From: an uncultured Acidimicrobiales bacterium
GTDB lineage: Bacteria > Actinomycetota > Acidimicrobiia > Acidimicrobiales > UBA10347
Assembly (NCBI GenBank): GCA_943788915.1
Contig: CALSSD010000010.1
Span: 248,001-312,000, forward strand
Length of the DNA stretch: 64,000 nucleotides
Reading direction: 5' to 3'
How positions within the stretch are numbered: position 1 is the stretch's first letter; each line of letters begins with the position of its first letter. This document shows positions 1 through 11,466 of this stretch, one piece after another. The notes under the pieces were generated by a model. It was not told where the DNA came from and made no database searches. It saw only the letters and a list, made by a program, of their open reading frames with translations. Position numbers and translations under genes: made by a program.

Positions 1-78
1 ATCGAGGTCACCGGCATCAAAGATGTTACGCCGGTCCCTCACAACGGTTGCCGCCCACCAAAGCGTCGGAGGGGCTGA
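1..78 (+). CDS. rpsK: 30S ribosomal protein S11, 3' end (partial)
   Basis: Frame 1 reads IEVTGIKDVTPVPHNGCRPPKRRRG*, the conserved S11 C-terminus; its TGA overlaps the rpsD ATG (TGATG). Confidence 0.95.
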   Translation: MEVTGIKDVTPVPHNGCRPPKRRRG

Positions 79-695
79 TGTCTCGTTATACAGGTCCAAA
101 GGCGCGCGTAGCGCGTCGTCTCGGTACCAACATTTGGGGCACCAAGGGCGAAGCAGTCGCTCTGGACAAGCGCCCGTACCCGCCAGGCGAGCACGGGCGT
201 ACCCGTCGTCGTGGCAATGTTTCTGAATACCTGATCCAGCTGCAAGAAAAGCAGAAGGCTCGCTTCACGTACGGTCTTACCGAGCGTCAATTCCGCAACC
301 TGTACAAAGAAGCGAACCGCAAGCAGGGCGTGACAGGCGAGAACATGCTGCAGTTCTTGGAACTGCGGTTGGACAATTTGGTGTACCGAGTCGGTTGGGC
401 AGCTACTCGCTCACAGGCTCGCCAGTTCGTGAACCACGGCCACATTAATGTGAATGGCCGTCGCGTGGATATCTGTAGCTACCGCCTGCGTAAGGGCGAT
501 GTTGTCAGTGTTCGTCCAAAGAGCAAAGACAACCACACGTTCCAGTGGAACAACGACGTCGTTGACCGTCCGGCGCCGGCGTGGATTGACATGGCAGGCG
601 AGGGCTGGGAAGCCACCGTCCGTTCACGTCCGATCCGCGAACAGATTGATGTTCCCATTCGGGAATCATTGATCGTCGAGTTGTACAGCAAGTAG
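78..695 (+). CDS. rpsD: 30S ribosomal protein S4
   Basis: MSRYTGPKARVARRLG, SEYLIQLQEKQK, LELRLDNLVYR, LIVELYSK; alpha-operon position. Confidence 0.98.
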   Translation: MSRYTGPKARVARRLGTNIWGTKGEAVALDKRPYPPGEHGRTRRRGNVSEYLIQLQEKQKARFTYGLTERQFRNLYKEANRKQGVTGENMLQFLELRLDNLVYRVGWAATRSQARQFVNHGHINVNGRRVDICSYRLRKGDVVSVRPKSKDNHTFQWNNDVVDRPAPAWIDMAGEGWEATVRSRPIREQIDVPIRESLIVELYSK

Positions 696-754
696 AAGCG
701 ACTGCTCCTGCGTGACTGCAGGGCATAGTCCTCCAACCCCGAGGTGACCAACGG

Positions 755-1693
755 ATGCTTGTCATTCAACGACCGACCGTCGATGCCGTCAATGACGAAT
801 CGACCAACCGGCAAAAATTTGCGATTGGGCCCCTTGAGCCGGGGTTCGGTCACACATTAGGGAATTCGTTGCGGCGTACGCTGCTTTCGTCTATCCCTGG
901 TGCAGCGATTACCCAGATCCGTATCGACGGTGCTTTGCACGAGTTCGACACGCTTCCTGGCATTGCAGAAGATGTCACTGACATCATTCTCAATATCAAG
1001 GATGTGGTGCTGATTAGCCACAGTAATGAACCAGTAGTGGTTCGTCTGGATGTAGCAGGACCGGCGACGGTGACTGCTGCCGATTTGCAGACGACCCCCG
1101 AGGTTGAAATTCTCAATCCTGATCTGGTTATTGCAACGCTCAACGAGAAGGCTCGTCTTGCCTGCGATCTCACGATCGAGCGCGGCGCTGGTTATTTATC
1201 AGCCGCCGATCAGGACACCGGTGGCGCCATTGGCCTCATCCCGGTCGACGCAATCTTTTCACCTGTTCGCCGAGTGAGCTTCAACGTTGACGCTGCTCGT
1301 GTAGAACAGTCCACGAACTTTGACCGTCTGGTGCTTGATATCCAGACCGATGGTTCGATCTCGCCTCGTGATGCTCTGGCCTCGGCCGGTGCAACGCTGC
1401 GCAGCATCGTCCAACTCGTGGAAGAGATGAGCGACGAGCCAGAAGGACTCGAATTGGCCGAAGCCACGGCAACCGCTAGCGGTTCGCCTGACCTTGACCT
1501 TCCAATCGAAGATCTCGAACTTTCCGAACGCCCCCGCAACTGTCTCAAGCGTGCTCAGGTCAATACCATTGGCGAGCTGCTTGAAAAGTCGATCGATGAC
1601 CTGTTGGCAATCACCAACTTTGGTCAGAAGTCGCTCGACGAGGTTGCCCAGAAGCTTGACGAGCGTGGACTTTCGCTCGCCACACGGAGCTGA
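755..1693 (+). CDS. rpoA: RNA polymerase subunit alpha
   Basis: PLEPGFGHTLGNSLRRTLLSSIPGAA; CTD IEDLELSERPRNCLKRA, NFGQKSLDEV. Confidence 0.99.
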   Translation: MLVIQRPTVDAVNDESTNRQKFAIGPLEPGFGHTLGNSLRRTLLSSIPGAAITQIRIDGALHEFDTLPGIAEDVTDIILNIKDVVLISHSNEPVVVRLDVAGPATVTAADLQTTPEVEILNPDLVIATLNEKARLACDLTIERGAGYLSAADQDTGGAIGLIPVDAIFSPVRRVSFNVDAARVEQSTNFDRLVLDIQTDGSISPRDALASAGATLRSIVQLVEEMSDEPEGLELAEATATASGSPDLDLPIEDLELSERPRNCLKRAQVNTIGELLEKSIDDLLAITNFGQKSLDEVAQKLDERGLSLATRS

Positions 1694-1699
1694 TTCCCC

Positions 1700-2053
1700 A
1701 TGCCAGCAACCCCAAAAAAGGGCCGCCGTTTCGGTGGTAGCTCGCAACACCAGAAGCTGATGATGGCTAACCTGGTTTCATCGCTCGTCGCCGCTGAGGC
1801 GATCGAGACGACCGAAGCCAAGGCTAAGGCCATGCGCCCGATCGCTGAAAAGATGATCACCAAGGCGAAAAAGGGTGGCCTCCATAACCACCGGCAGCTC
1901 CTCAAGTTCCTTGACGATCGCGAGATCGCCCAGAAACTGATCGATGAAGTCGGTCCCCGTTATGCGGACCGTCCGGGTGGTTACACCCGTATCTACAAGC
2001 TCGGTCCACGCAGCGGTGACAATGCGCCCATGGCGCGCATCGAACTCGTCTGA
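1700..2053 (+). CDS. rplQ: 50S ribosomal protein L17
   Basis: [36 protein letters not shown]. Confidence 0.98.
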   Translation: MPATPKKGRRFGGSSQHQKLMMANLVSSLVAAEAIETTEAKAKAMRPIAEKMITKAKKGGLHNHRQLLKFLDDREIAQKLIDEVGPRYADRPGGYTRIYKLGPRSGDNAPMARIELV

Positions 2054-2057
2054 TTTC

Positions 2058-2098
2058 CTCGCACCCGTGGCTTCGATTCGCTCGGGCCACGATGCGAG
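2058..2098 (+). terminator. Hairpin after rplQ, possible intrinsic terminator without U-tract
   Basis: CTCGCA...GTGGC / GCCAC...TGCGAG interrupted stem directly after the stop codon. Confidence 0.45.
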
Positions 2099-2122
2099 CT
2101 GTCGTTAGATAGCCGTCACCCG

Positions 2123-2881
2123 GTGGCTAGGTATCGACTTCGGTTATCTTATGACGGAGGACCCTTTCGAGGGTTTGCCATAAACGAAGGCGTCCCCACT
2201 GTTGGGGGCGCTTTGCGTTTTGCGCTCGAGCAGGTCCTGCAACACGATGTGCCTATCGTGTGTGCTGGGCGCACCGATGCGGGTGTGCATGCGCTCGACC
2301 AGGTGGTCTCGTTTGACACCGAGAAGCCAGTAGACCCCGAAGCGTTGCGTACGTCGCTGAATAGCATGTGTAAGCCTCACATCGTCGTTAGCGACGTCGA
2401 AGCGGTCGCCGATGACTTTGATGCCAGGTTTTCATGCACGGGCCGGTCGTATCGGTATCGCATTCTCAACCAGCGGTTACGGGACCCATTCCGTATGGAC
2501 CACACATGGCGGGTATCGCTCCCGCTCGAGGTCGATCTGATGCAGCGGGCTGGTCAACACCTGCTCGGGACACATGACTTCAGCTCGTTCTGTCGACGCC
2601 AGTTCGATGTTTTCGACGACGTGCGAGTCGAGAAACCCCGCACTCGCACGCTCCGCTCCGTTGAGTGGTCGCATCACCCCGATAACGAGATCCACCTGAA
2701 CGTCAGCGCGTCGTCGTTCTGCCAGCAGATGGTCCGTTCTATTACCGGTTTGTGCGTCGAAGTCGGACTCGGCCTCCTTTCACCAGAGGTCGTCCCAGGG
2801 ATTCTCGAGGCAAAGGATCGCAACGCTGTACCTCGAGTTGCCCCTCCCCATGGACTCTTCCTCCTCGCAGTGTCCTACTGA
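2123..2881 (+). CDS. truA: tRNA pseudouridine(38-40) synthase
   Basis: LSYDG, AGRTDAGVHA catalytic motif, FDARFS, GTHDFSSF, MVRSI. Confidence 0.97.
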   Translation: MARYRLRLSYDGGPFRGFAINEGVPTVGGALRFALEQVLQHDVPIVCAGRTDAGVHALDQVVSFDTEKPVDPEALRTSLNSMCKPHIVVSDVEAVADDFDARFSCTGRSYRYRILNQRLRDPFRMDHTWRVSLPLEVDLMQRAGQHLLGTHDFSSFCRRQFDVFDDVRVEKPRTRTLRSVEWSHHPDNEIHLNVSASSFCQQMVRSITGLCVEVGLGLLSPEVVPGILEAKDRNAVPRVAPPHGLFLLAVSY

Positions 2882-2937
2882 CGGGTCACCTGCCAGACGT
2901 TTCAGAGACGCTAGAGCGAACGAGCCGCGGGATCGGC

Positions 2938-4058
2938 TCAGAAACGTTGGAGGAAGGTGGAGACGTGGGGGAGGCCATCTCGAAGGACCGACTCATGGTT
3001 GGCGTAACCAATGCGCACAGTGCCTTCGACTTCGAGCGCACTGCCGGGCATGAAGAGCACGCCAGTTTCATCGAGCAGTTGTTTGCAGAAGTCCCGTGAC
3101 GGCAGGTCGAGGTCGTAACGAAGCAGCGCGGTGGTGCCCGACTGCGGTTTGACCCAGGTGACTCGTGGCTCGGCCTCGACCCAGTCGCTCAAGATCGCCA
3201 GATTGGTGCGGGTGATGGTCTGGCTGCGCTCCAATAGTTTGTCGGCGTTCTCCAGTGCGATAGCCGACAGAAAGTCGTTGATCATGCCGATACTGATGGT
3301 GCTGTAGTCGCGGTGGAGTTCGGCAGCCTTGATGACGTCGGCCGGAGCAACCATCCAGCCGAGTCGAAGCCCGGCGAGCGAGAAGGCCTTGGACATGCTG
3401 CCGGTGCTGATGCCTCGGTCATAGACCTCGACGATCGAAGCTGAACTGCCTGAGCCAACCTGGTCCGTGCCCCGGTAGACCTCGTCGCACAACACATGAG
3501 CATTACACGATGCTGCGATCTGGCCGATCTCGGTCAACGTCGCCGCGTCCATCAATGCGCCGGTCGGGTTGTTCGGGTTGTTGATGGCTATGAGTGATGT
3601 CTCAGCGGTGGCCAACGAGCGCATCTGGTCGAAGGTCTGGCTGGTAGCCGTCGGCTTCACGCAACGTGAGCACCTGCACATCGGCGCCATAACTCGCCGG
3701 AATCGAATAGTGCTGTTGGTACGTCGGCTGGACCGAGATGACCCGGTCGTTCGGTTCCACCAGCGCTTCGTGCACCAACTTGTTGGCCCCAATGGCTCCG
3801 TGGGTCACGAGCACATTCTCGATGGCCACATCGTCGTACAACGCTGCGATTGCTGATCCGGAGCCGCTCCGAACCCACGATCGCGCCGTAGGTGAGCTTC
3901 ATGTCCAGAATGTCGTCGAGTGCAGACCGACCCACACCGGCTAGATCAAGTAGCGCTTTGACAGTCAGCGACTCGACACATGTCTCGGCCAAATTAAATT
4001 GGCAGTGGTCCTCGTACGCGTTCATCCACTGTTCGACGGCAAACGGTTCAATCTGCAT
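2938..4058 (-). CDS. PLP-dependent class I/II aminotransferase, split by two frameshifts (~3850, ~3630)
   Basis: Three consecutive frames join: MQIEPFAVEQWMN..YGAIVGSERLR / VLVTHGAIGAN..PTYQQHYS / NNPNNPTG..DEVY..GSMSKAFSLAGLRLGW. Confidence 0.85.
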
Positions 4059-4121
4059 ACTCCAGTCTGGCGGTCTCTGAACCGATTGGACGAGATAGTC
4101 GTCCGATGGGCCCAGAAACGT

Positions 4122-7100
4122 TTAGGAGTCGGTGATGGTGACGGTGGTGGACGCCGAGCGGCCGAAGACCTCGGGTTCATACATCTGCTCGGCACGGGTT
4201 GGGGGAGCCACGAAGACCCCAGGGGTAGTTGCGCGAGCTACGTAGGTGTATTCGTAGGACCCCGCACCCAGCCACGTGGAGAACGCTTCGGCCCGGTCAT
4301 CGCGCAGGTTCTGGTGATCGAACCACTGGTACCACCAGTAACTGCCAGGCGCAGCATTGCTGGGGTCGGCCTGGGGGACAGGTTCGCTGGTGGCGAGCGC
4401 TGGGTTCACGATCTCGAAGCCTGCCGGAATCGGGTCGATCAAGGCGACATGGGTGCGTCGGCTGTCAGCCACCATGGTCAGCACCACTCGCACCCGGGCG
4501 CCAGCCTTGACTGTCCACGAGCCGTCGTTGTTTTGGACCACATCGTCGTCGTCGTCGACCGGTTGATAGGTGCGCTGCACCACGAAACCTTGATCCCGTG
4601 GTTCGAGATCGAAGTCGGTCGGGGCGTAACGCAACCCAAGTCGGTAGTACAACCTGCCAGCATCGCCGTCGCGAGCAAGCACGATTTCCGTGTCGCCAAC
4701 GTCGACGAGTTCGGCCATCGGCACAATGGTGAGATTACGGTCGGTAGAGCGGCCTTCGTATGAGTGCTCCAGCGCATAGGTGTCGCCGAGCCAGGCTCGA
4801 GCAATGAAGTCGGGATCGACGTCTTCGAAGGTATCGAAGTAGGCCGACCCGGCAAGCAGCACGAAGCTGTTCTCTTGGACATTGGTCCAGTGGCCGTAAC
4901 GGCCACGGGCTGCCAACAAGCCGTTGAGTGTCTTGAGCACAAGGTCGCTATCTGGCCGTTGTGAGATTAACGCATCGAGCACGATTGCGTCGGTCCGCTT
5001 GTCAGAGTGCAACAGCACCCAATCCTGCTCGGCATAACTCGTGGCGAAGGTCGCTGCATTCGGGGTTTCGGTTACCCGGTTGTTGAGCAACAGGTCAATC
5101 TCGTTGTCGAGTTCGGTGCCGGCAACCACCGGCCAGAGCCACGCTGCGACGTCCAACCCGACGTCGGTGCCGGCGTCGCGGTACAGGCGAGATGCCTTGT
5201 CGGCGTCTCGGTCGCCGCTCAGGAAGCGGACATGCAGGGCATAGGCCGAGATCGCCCGGCGAGTCTCTTCGCTGTACCACGAAGGGAAGAAGTCTTCGAT
5301 GCTGGCCAGGTAGAACTTGGCGTTCGCCAGCACCTGATCATCGATGGCGTAACCCTCTTGTTGTGCAAGCACGAGGGCATGTGTGGCCTGCACCGTGTTG
5401 TAGGGGATGGACTCGCGACCCCGGCGCCAATACGGGAACCCGCCATCGCTGTTCTGCATGCTCGACAGCCGGTCGATATCGCTGTTGATGACTGAGCGCA
5501 GCTCGTCGGGTGGCGGTAGCTGCTCGGCGTTGAACGCGGTGAGGATGTCGTCGAGCGACACGACGGCGATGATCCGCGATGCAAACGCATCGCTGTTCTC
5601 GTAGCGGTACTCGCTGAGATAGATCAGCGCATCGGTCAACGACGCAACCGCAGTCGACGACGTCGTCAGTTCGAGTCCGCCGAACTGGGGGAAGACATCC
5701 TGGGGTTCGGCGAACGGCTGGGCGATCGCCCCGCTGTCGATCACGCCGTAGGTGGCGAAGGCCTCGGCGGTCGCCGGCGTGTACACGGGGAACTCGCCTT
5801 CGGCTGCATCGGCAAACGAGCCAGCTGATGCTGCGACCTGATACCGGGCGACGCCGGCTTCGACCGCAGACACCTCGAAGCGGACCTCGACCCGATCGTT
5901 GGCAGGCACGGCGACCGTGGTGCCAGCCCGCCCGTCGACGCTCAGGTTGGTGGAACGCAGGGCAACATCGACATCGAGCGGTTCATCGGTGGCGTTTTGC
6001 ACGATGACCGGGAACTCGAATACGTCGCCGAAGTTCGCGAATCGTGGGGGAGTGGGACGCACCGTCACCGGCAAACGTGCCGTGATATTTGACTCGCCGG
6101 CTCCGGCATCGGTGGCGTCGGCGGTAGCCACGACCATGACCCGATAACGGGTGAGGTTGTCGGGTAGTGGTACATCGATCACTGCTCGGCCTTGGCCATC
6201 GGTGGTGACCTCGGGTTCAAACACAGCAAGCGCATCGAAGTTCGTCCGTAACCCAATTGCTGGTTGGTCTTCTCCGTCGGTGAACGCCAAGGAAGCCGCT
6301 TGTGGGGCAGACGCTGATCTCTCCAGAGAAGCACCACTGTCATCGGCCATGACAAAGTCGGCGCCTTCGTCGCTCATTGCCTCGGCTTGCTCGACGCCTC
6401 CAGTAGCATCGCCATCGACCCCAACCACTGGATCTGAAAGCAACAGCGTTGCTCGGCCTCGAAAGACCTGAGCCGAACCCCCGCTGCGGACGTAGAACGC
6501 GTCGAGTGGATTACGAAGCTGATAGTTGGTCAGCGACAGAACAGCCTCGTCGACGACGATGACCGTCAGTTCGGCATCGGCGACAGGTTCGCCGTCTGCA
6601 TCCGTCACGACAACGTCGAGTTCGGTGCTAGCGCCAGGTTCGAGTTTGGACATTCGTGGCGCTACGTCGATTGTGAGCTCACGTTCGTCGGCGGGCACGT
6701 TCAGCGTGAGCTGGCCAGTCGCATATGCTGGGCGGTCAGACAGCGACGGATCGGCCTGGCCGTTGGTCGAGCGGTCAGCGGTGCCAACCACTTCGAACTG
6801 CAATCCGATCCCGGGGATGTCATCGGAGGTAATGGGGATCTGCACGATGGCAGTGCCCGACTCATCGAATTCGAATGTCTCTGTCCGATCAATCGCCCCC
6901 CGTGACACGACCAGCAGCCCATGGGCGTTGGTGAACGGCGACTGAACGAGGATCTCAGCCGAGTCGCCGGGTTGGTAATCCTGGCCGTTCGGGACCAAGG
7001 TGAGCTGTTCGAGGCCAACTCGGCGACTGGTAGGGCGTTCGCCGCCAGCTACCCACCGAGTGAGTTCGGTCAGGTTGGTCCGGCCTGATGCATCAGCAAC

Positions 7101-10100
7101 GGTGGCCGACATGCGGTAGCGGCCGCCTTCGGATGGACGGAATGAACAGACCATTGCGTCGGCGGCGCTGGTGACCTCGCAGGTCTCATCGGGGACCTCG
7201 ACCTCGGTCCAAGACCCGCTTTGGAATTGCCATTCGAGGCGGACGGATTCGACCGTCACTGTTTGGCCCGGCACAGCAGCGCCGTCGATGTCTGTCACGA
7301 TCAGATCAAGATCGAGCTGCTCGCCGATCTGCACAAAGGTCCGTGCGCCCTTCATTCCGACATACAAATCGGCGGGATGGACCAAGGCCGAGGTCGACCC
7401 GGTGATTGGTTGGCGTGTCACATCGGTGACGGTTCCAGAGGCAGTGATGCTCACGGGCCGGGGTTTCCCCTCGGTGTCGATGGTTACGGCTAACCGGTGG
7501 CTGCCGGATGCGTCTGTGGTTGCGGTGAAGAACTCAGAAATACCGCCATCGAAGCTGCCGCCGAAGCCGCCACCGAAGTCCTGTTCGAATGCGAATTCGT
7601 TGAACGAGAACCACCAAGGCACCCACACGCCGAAGGTGTAGTCAGGCCAGTTCGGCGGTGAATAGCTGGTGGCAGTGCCAGCAACGGTCCACTCGACCGG
7701 CGATGCGGCAATGGCTCCGCCAGCGAAGTAGTCGGCTTGGGCTTCGACCGTGAAGGCCGTGCCGGCAAGGTAAGGCCCAGCGTCGGTTACCTCGGCGGTG
7801 ACCTCAAAATCGGGTCGACGGAACTCTTGAACGCGTAGTTCGTGCCAGGCATTGGAGTTTTCGACGCCTCGGAACGCGTTCGTGCTGAACTGGATTCCTG
7901 CGCTACCGAGGGTGATGTTGTCAGGGAGTTCGATTTCGAGGTCGAAACCACCGAGAGCACTCAGGTTCGCTTCGCCTGTGCCGATTTCGTTGCCGAAGGC
8001 ATCGTTTGCGAACCAGTTGATGGTGCCGCCGGTGGGCGGCAGTGATAGGTCGGCGGGCACGTCGGTATCGGCTTGGCGGACCCAGCCCTTAATCCGAGCG
8101 GTCTCGCCCGGCTTGTACAGGCCGCGGTCATCCATGATGTACCAGCGCAGTTGATCGTTGCGTTCCCAGCGTTCGGCCCAGAACTCGCCGATCAAGGCAA
8201 CATCACCGTCGGCGCTGGCCACCATGCCACGCGATCGGTCGGCAAGGTCGACTCGGGTGATGCCGTCGTTGTCGGTTGTGCCGGATCCGCCACCGATCAT
8301 CTCGACGGTTGCTCCGTCGATCGGCTGCCCTGTTGTCAGGTCGGTGACCCAGGCAACCGCCTGTTGATTGTCGGTGATGGCGTCGAGTCCAAGTTTGGTG
8401 CGCTGCACCCAGATGGCGAATGGTTCGTTGCGCCAGTCGTCTGCTTCCCGTCTTGACGGCCCGATGACAACAACCAGGTGGGCGCTGGTCGCGAGTTCAG
8501 ACGACAAGTCGATGGCGGTCTCGGCGAAGCTGTTGTCTTCGCCTTCGACAGACACGCGTTGTTCACCGACAACGGCCCAGCCGGACCGGTATTCGCCGCG
8601 GGAGAGTTCCCACTGGTTTTCCAGGAATTCCTGCCAATCGTTAGTGGGGTCTACTGCGTAGACGGTGACATCGAGTTCGTCGTTGTTGATCGATGTTACG
8701 TTCAGTCGTTGATCGTCGACGATGGGGTCGAGCGTGACCAGCGATCGTCCTGGCCGGAACAGTGCCGGCTCGGCGTCGCCGACCTGGAACTCGGCCTCGA
8801 TCGGTTCCGCGAGTTCTTGGCCATAGATGTCGGTCAGGTCGGTGTTGACCGTGACCTGGTAGTTGGTCTGTCCCGACGTGAGCCCTTGGATCGTGATCTG
8901 GTTCCAGCTCACCCCGATCTGCATGCCCGGGATAGTTGGCTCAACCGTGACCATGCTGGCGGTGAAGCTGTCGGTATCGATCGGGTTCGACATTTCAAGA
9001 CTGAACGGGGTGCCAGGACGGCATTCGTCCCAGCCACATCTCGAGTCGACGAGTCGGAACGGCCCATAGGTCCGACCCGAATATGAGCTGGTGTCGGTCG
9101 AAGTTTCGGGGCCCTCAGCAGATGGCACGTTGGGACCAATATCGAGTTGGATCACGGCATCGGTAGGCATCGGCTCGACTGGGCGTAGTGCTAACCACCG
9201 ATCGGGAAGCGCGGCTTCGGCAAGGCTTGAGACCTGGGTGTCCTCGTTGATCTCATCGCCGGTGGCCAGCCGGATTGCAATGTCGTCGCCGTCGGCGGAT
9301 AGATGGATTGCCTCCAGAATGGCTTCAGGATCGATGCGCTGGTCGAAACGAATGAAGAAGATCGGTTCGGTTGATAACGAGTCGTGCATCGGGGTGACCA
9401 ACATGACCTGCGGTGTTGGCGTGGAGAACTCGAACTGGACATCGTCGACCAGTTCTGCACCGTTGGCGGCGGTGGTGCCTGCCGGAACCTCAACGACATA
9501 GTTTGTCGCTGCTGGAATGCGGTCGATTGCACCTGGCTCGTATTCGAAACGCGCCGTCTTTGTGCCAAGCCAGATCCACCGGCCGGGCATTTCTGGCGTG
9601 ATCGAGATAGGGACATGTCCGCGTTCTCAACCTGCGACACCGTGGAGAGGGCCACCATTGGTTGGTTGAAAGTCACGGAGATGAACGGCGCCAAGTCGAC
9701 GGGACCCTCGGGCTGGAAACGCAGCACTTCGAGCGGGCCCGAAGCGGCTTCAGGGGCGAGCACACGTCGGCAGGCGGAGGGAATGCCTGGTCGACCGATG
9801 GTTCCGGGCCGTGGCCGGGGGCGGGTGTCGGGCGGACGGTTGAAGTCGACCTGATCGGTTTCCTGCGCTTCGAGGTCAGGAAGTCGGTTGAGCAACTGGC
9901 TGACACCAGCGGTGCCCAGTGGATCACCCTGCACCGTGGTCTCTCGCACGACGGTGCCGGTGGCGTCTGACCCGACGCGTTGTCGAGGCTGATGATGATC
10001 TCGGTGTCGCCGGTTTGGCCACCCGGTCCGTCGATGCGCACCGTCGCTCCTTGGGCTGCGGATCCGTCTCCGGCAGCGCCGCTGCCGTCGCCAGCTGGTG

Positions 10101-10245
10101 ATCCGTCCTGGCTCCCTGTCTCGCCAGAATCGGGATCGGAACCACTGCCGTCTTCGGTGCTGGGGTCACTACTGCAGGCGCTCGCAAACAACGCCAGAAC
10201 GAGTAGCGCGGCAGCAAGCAACGAGAGCTTTGGTGAAGGCTTCAT
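4122..10245 (-). CDS. Bacterial alpha-2-macroglobulin family lipoprotein (~2040 aa), two frameshifts (~9970, ~9615)
   Basis: Lipobox FASAC at N-terminus; DRGLYKPGE, VQEFRRPDFEV, VDEAVLSLT, LRTNF, LPDNLTRYRVM, MQNSDGGF, DPIPAGFE, ARATTPGVFVAPPTRAEQMYEPEVFGRS. Confidence 0.92.
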
Positions 10246-10362
10246 GATCCTCTGACGCCTGGGAGGGGTCGACTGGTTCCCAGATTCTCAAGATTGTCGC
10301 AGATTCCTTGATCTGCCACTAGGGCCGAACGTCGCACCCGTCCACTCTGTGGGGCGAGCGAC

Positions 10363-10498
10363 GTCGGTGCGAAAGCTGTTTCGGGTCTGGCGGATGCCAG
10401 GAGCAGCCGAAGGCGAGCGGTGAAAGAGTAGGGGTGGGGGTCGGTGCGAAAGCTGTTTCGGGTCTGGCGGATGCCAGGAGCAGCCGAAGGCGAGCGGT
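10363..10498. repeat. Two identical 59-bp direct repeats (10363-10421, 10440-10498)
   Basis: GTCGGTGCGAAAGCTGTTTCGGGTCTGGCGGATGCCAGGAGCAGCCGAAGGCGAGCGGT twice, period 77 bp. Confidence 0.95.
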
Positions 10499-10596
10499 AA
10501 AAGGGTGCAATCTGGCCTTGACGGTCGTAGCATTTGGGGCTGGCCCATTAGCTTTGGGCCCACTCTTCTCTTCTTAGAGCTGCGTACGGAGACACC

Positions 10597-11046
10597 GTGA
10601 AGACTTTCACCCCAAAACCAAGCGATATCCAACGCGAATGGTTCGTCGTTGATGCCGAGGGCCTTGTCCTTGGTCGCATGGCCACCGAAGTTGCCCGCAT
10701 TCTGCGAGGCAAACATAAGCCGATCTTTGCTCCTCATGCAGATACTGGTGACCATGTCATCGTGATCAATGCTGACAAGATCGTGTTGACCGGCAACAAG
10801 CTCACCGACAAGATGGTCTACCGCCACTCCGGTTACCCGGGGGGTCTGAAGACCCGCTCATATGGCGACCTCCTCAAGGAGAAGCCAGCCGACACGGTGC
10901 GCAAGTCCATCACCGGCATGTTGCCGCACAATCGCCTTGGCGCCCAGATGGCGACCAAACTCAAGGTTTACGCAGGTGCTGAGCATCCGCACACCGCCCA
11001 GAAGCCAACCGAGCTGGTGCTCGACAAAGCCCGCGCCCGGGCCTGA
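10597..11046 (+). CDS. rplM: 50S ribosomal protein L13
   Basis: [49 protein letters not shown]. Confidence 0.99.
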   Translation: MKTFTPKPSDIQREWFVVDAEGLVLGRMATEVARILRGKHKPIFAPHADTGDHVIVINADKIVLTGNKLTDKMVYRHSGYPGGLKTRSYGDLLKEKPADTVRKSITGMLPHNRLGAQMATKLKVYAGAEHPHTAQKPTELVLDKARARA

Positions 11047-11057
11047 AGGATCTAGCC

Positions 11058-11447
11058 ATGACATTTCTTGTTCAAGCAACCGGTCGTCGCAAGCGTGCAG
11101 TCGCTCGTGTTCGTCTCTACCCAGGCGACGGCAACGTTGTCATCAACGGCAAGAGCGGCAGCGAGTACTTTCCGCAAGCCGCGATTCGTAACGCCTCGTT
11201 AGCTCCGTTCGCAACCGCTGAAGCCACCGGTATGTACGACGTGCACGCCTCGATCATGGGTGGCGGCATTGCTGGCCAGGCCGGTGCTCTTCGTTTGGGT
11301 ATCGCTCGTGGTTTGTTGGAGCTTGATCCAGAACGTCGTGACGTTCTGAAGAAGGCTGGTCACCTGCGCCGCGATCCTCGTAAGAAGGAAAGCAAGAAGG
11401 CTGGTCTCAAGAAGGCCCGTAAGGCACCTCAGTACTCGAAGCGCTAG
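11058..11447 (+). CDS. rpsI: 30S ribosomal protein S9
   Basis: TGRRKRAVARV, GGGIAGQAGALRLGIAR, KKARKAPQYSKR. Confidence 0.99.
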   Translation: MTFLVQATGRRKRAVARVRLYPGDGNVVINGKSGSEYFPQAAIRNASLAPFATAEATGMYDVHASIMGGGIAGQAGALRLGIARGLLELDPERRDVLKKAGHLRRDPRKKESKKAGLKKARKAPQYSKR

Positions 11448-11466
11448 TCGCTCGGGCCCACCTACT

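Noticed and set aside
10363..10498. CRISPR array from the direct repeats here and at 48.1 kb
   Set aside because: Only two copies per locus, repeats of 46-59 bp with 18-25 bp gaps, and no cas operon; the RecB-like nuclease is unlinked
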